Of a DNA stretch of 64,000 bases, positions 63,633 through 64,000 are shown one piece after another. The notes below the pieces were generated by a model. The model was not told the origin of the DNA, did not search any database, and was given only the letters and a program-made list of their open reading frames with translations. The position numbers and the translations under genes are program-made. The DNA comes from Acidobacteriota bacterium (GTDB taxonomy: Bacteria > Acidobacteriota > Vicinamibacteria > Vicinamibacterales > JAKQTR01). The stretch lies in assembly GCA_026393755.1 (NCBI GenBank), contig JAPKZO010000032.1, positions 151,342-215,341 of the forward strand, given 5' to 3'. Within the stretch, counting starts at the first letter, position 1. Every line of letters begins with the position of its first letter.

Positions 63633-64000
63633 TCACCGAGGCTGCCTGAGCCGTGCTGCCCGATCCGCGGCGCCCCGCCGTTCCAGTTGGTCAGCCAGAG
63701 CGGCGCGGGCGGGTTCGTAGGAAGGATCTACCGAGAGCGCCTCGGCAAAGCGCGCAACTGCGGCGTGCTCATCTCCGCTGTCGCGGCTCAGGAGCCCCAG
63801 ATTGAAGTAGACGGAGGGTGATCTGGGGTCCACGCGTATCGCCGATTCGAACGCGTCCCGCGCTTCGTTGCCGCGTCCCATCGATGCCAGCGACGCGCCC
63901 AGCAGGGCCCAGGCGCGTGCGTGCGCCGGATCGGCTTCCAGAACGACTCGGGCCAGCCTCGCCGCTTCATCAGATCGGCCTTCGAAGAAATGCAGCACGG
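63633..64000 (-). CDS. TPR repeat protein, 5'-partial (runs off window)
   Basis: TPR-like helices (EAARLARVVLEADPAHARAWALLGASLASMGRGNEARDAFESAIRVDP..). The frame is open to nt 64000. Confidence 0.7.
   Translation of the reverse strand, partial: VLHFFEGRSDEAARLARVVLEADPAHARAWALLGASLASMGRGNEARDAFESAIRVDPRSPSVYFNLGLLSRDSGDEHAAVARFAEALSVDPSYEPARAALADQLERRGAADRAARLRQPR

Overview
GC-rich bacterial chromosomal segment (about two-thirds G+C by eye, not computed). It is densely coding, with about 60 CDS, many joined by 1-4 nt start/stop overlaps. Two tandem VWA proteins of the type I recall as Acidobacteria-specific, plus overall protein flavour, suggest Acidobacteriota (inference only). Layout: (1) 1-6.3 kb glyco-module: surface repeat protein, GT4, SAM-methyltransferase and a large GT-C-like membrane protein. 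(2) Housekeeping genes: yqeY, murJ, MFS, rhomboid, SDR, cupin, a fused E1 alpha/beta dehydrogenase and an EamA transporter. (3) A roughly 17 kb minus-strand string: nuoA-C-D-H-J-K-L-M-N (no nuoB/E/F/G/I), a paralogue of the GT-C-like protein, atpZ-atpI and an SGNH hydrolase + MBOAT pair. After a convergent Pro-rich gene come atpB-atpE. (4) VWA pair, cobA-hemD fusion and another large membrane protein. (5) An accessory-looking patch at 38-44.5 kb: an internally duplicated secreted protein, a small HExxH protein, a wHTH-FHA regulator, a small ORF + nucleotidyltransferase, and a beta-propeller sensor ending in a Cys-rich module instead of a kinase. (6) rseP-dxr-cdsA-uppS-truA-pyrE, a TolC-like OMP, GT2 and GT4. 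(7) pyrR-pyrB-pyrC plus a divergent PRTase, pyrK-pyrD-pyrF, pal with an 18-proline run, and a partial TPR gene. I recognised no rRNA, tRNA, CRISPR, transposase or integrase. The most interesting items are the nuo operon lacking every Fe-S/FMN subunit, the NuoL with an apparent 26-aa lateral-helix duplication and His/Gly-rich loops, the split atp genes with an unusual c subunit, the sensor with an uncharacterised CxxC...CxxC output module, and the heptamer array in the pyrR leader. All calls come from reading the translations and DNA by eye. Start codons are often uncertain because the ORF track also uses GTG/TTG.
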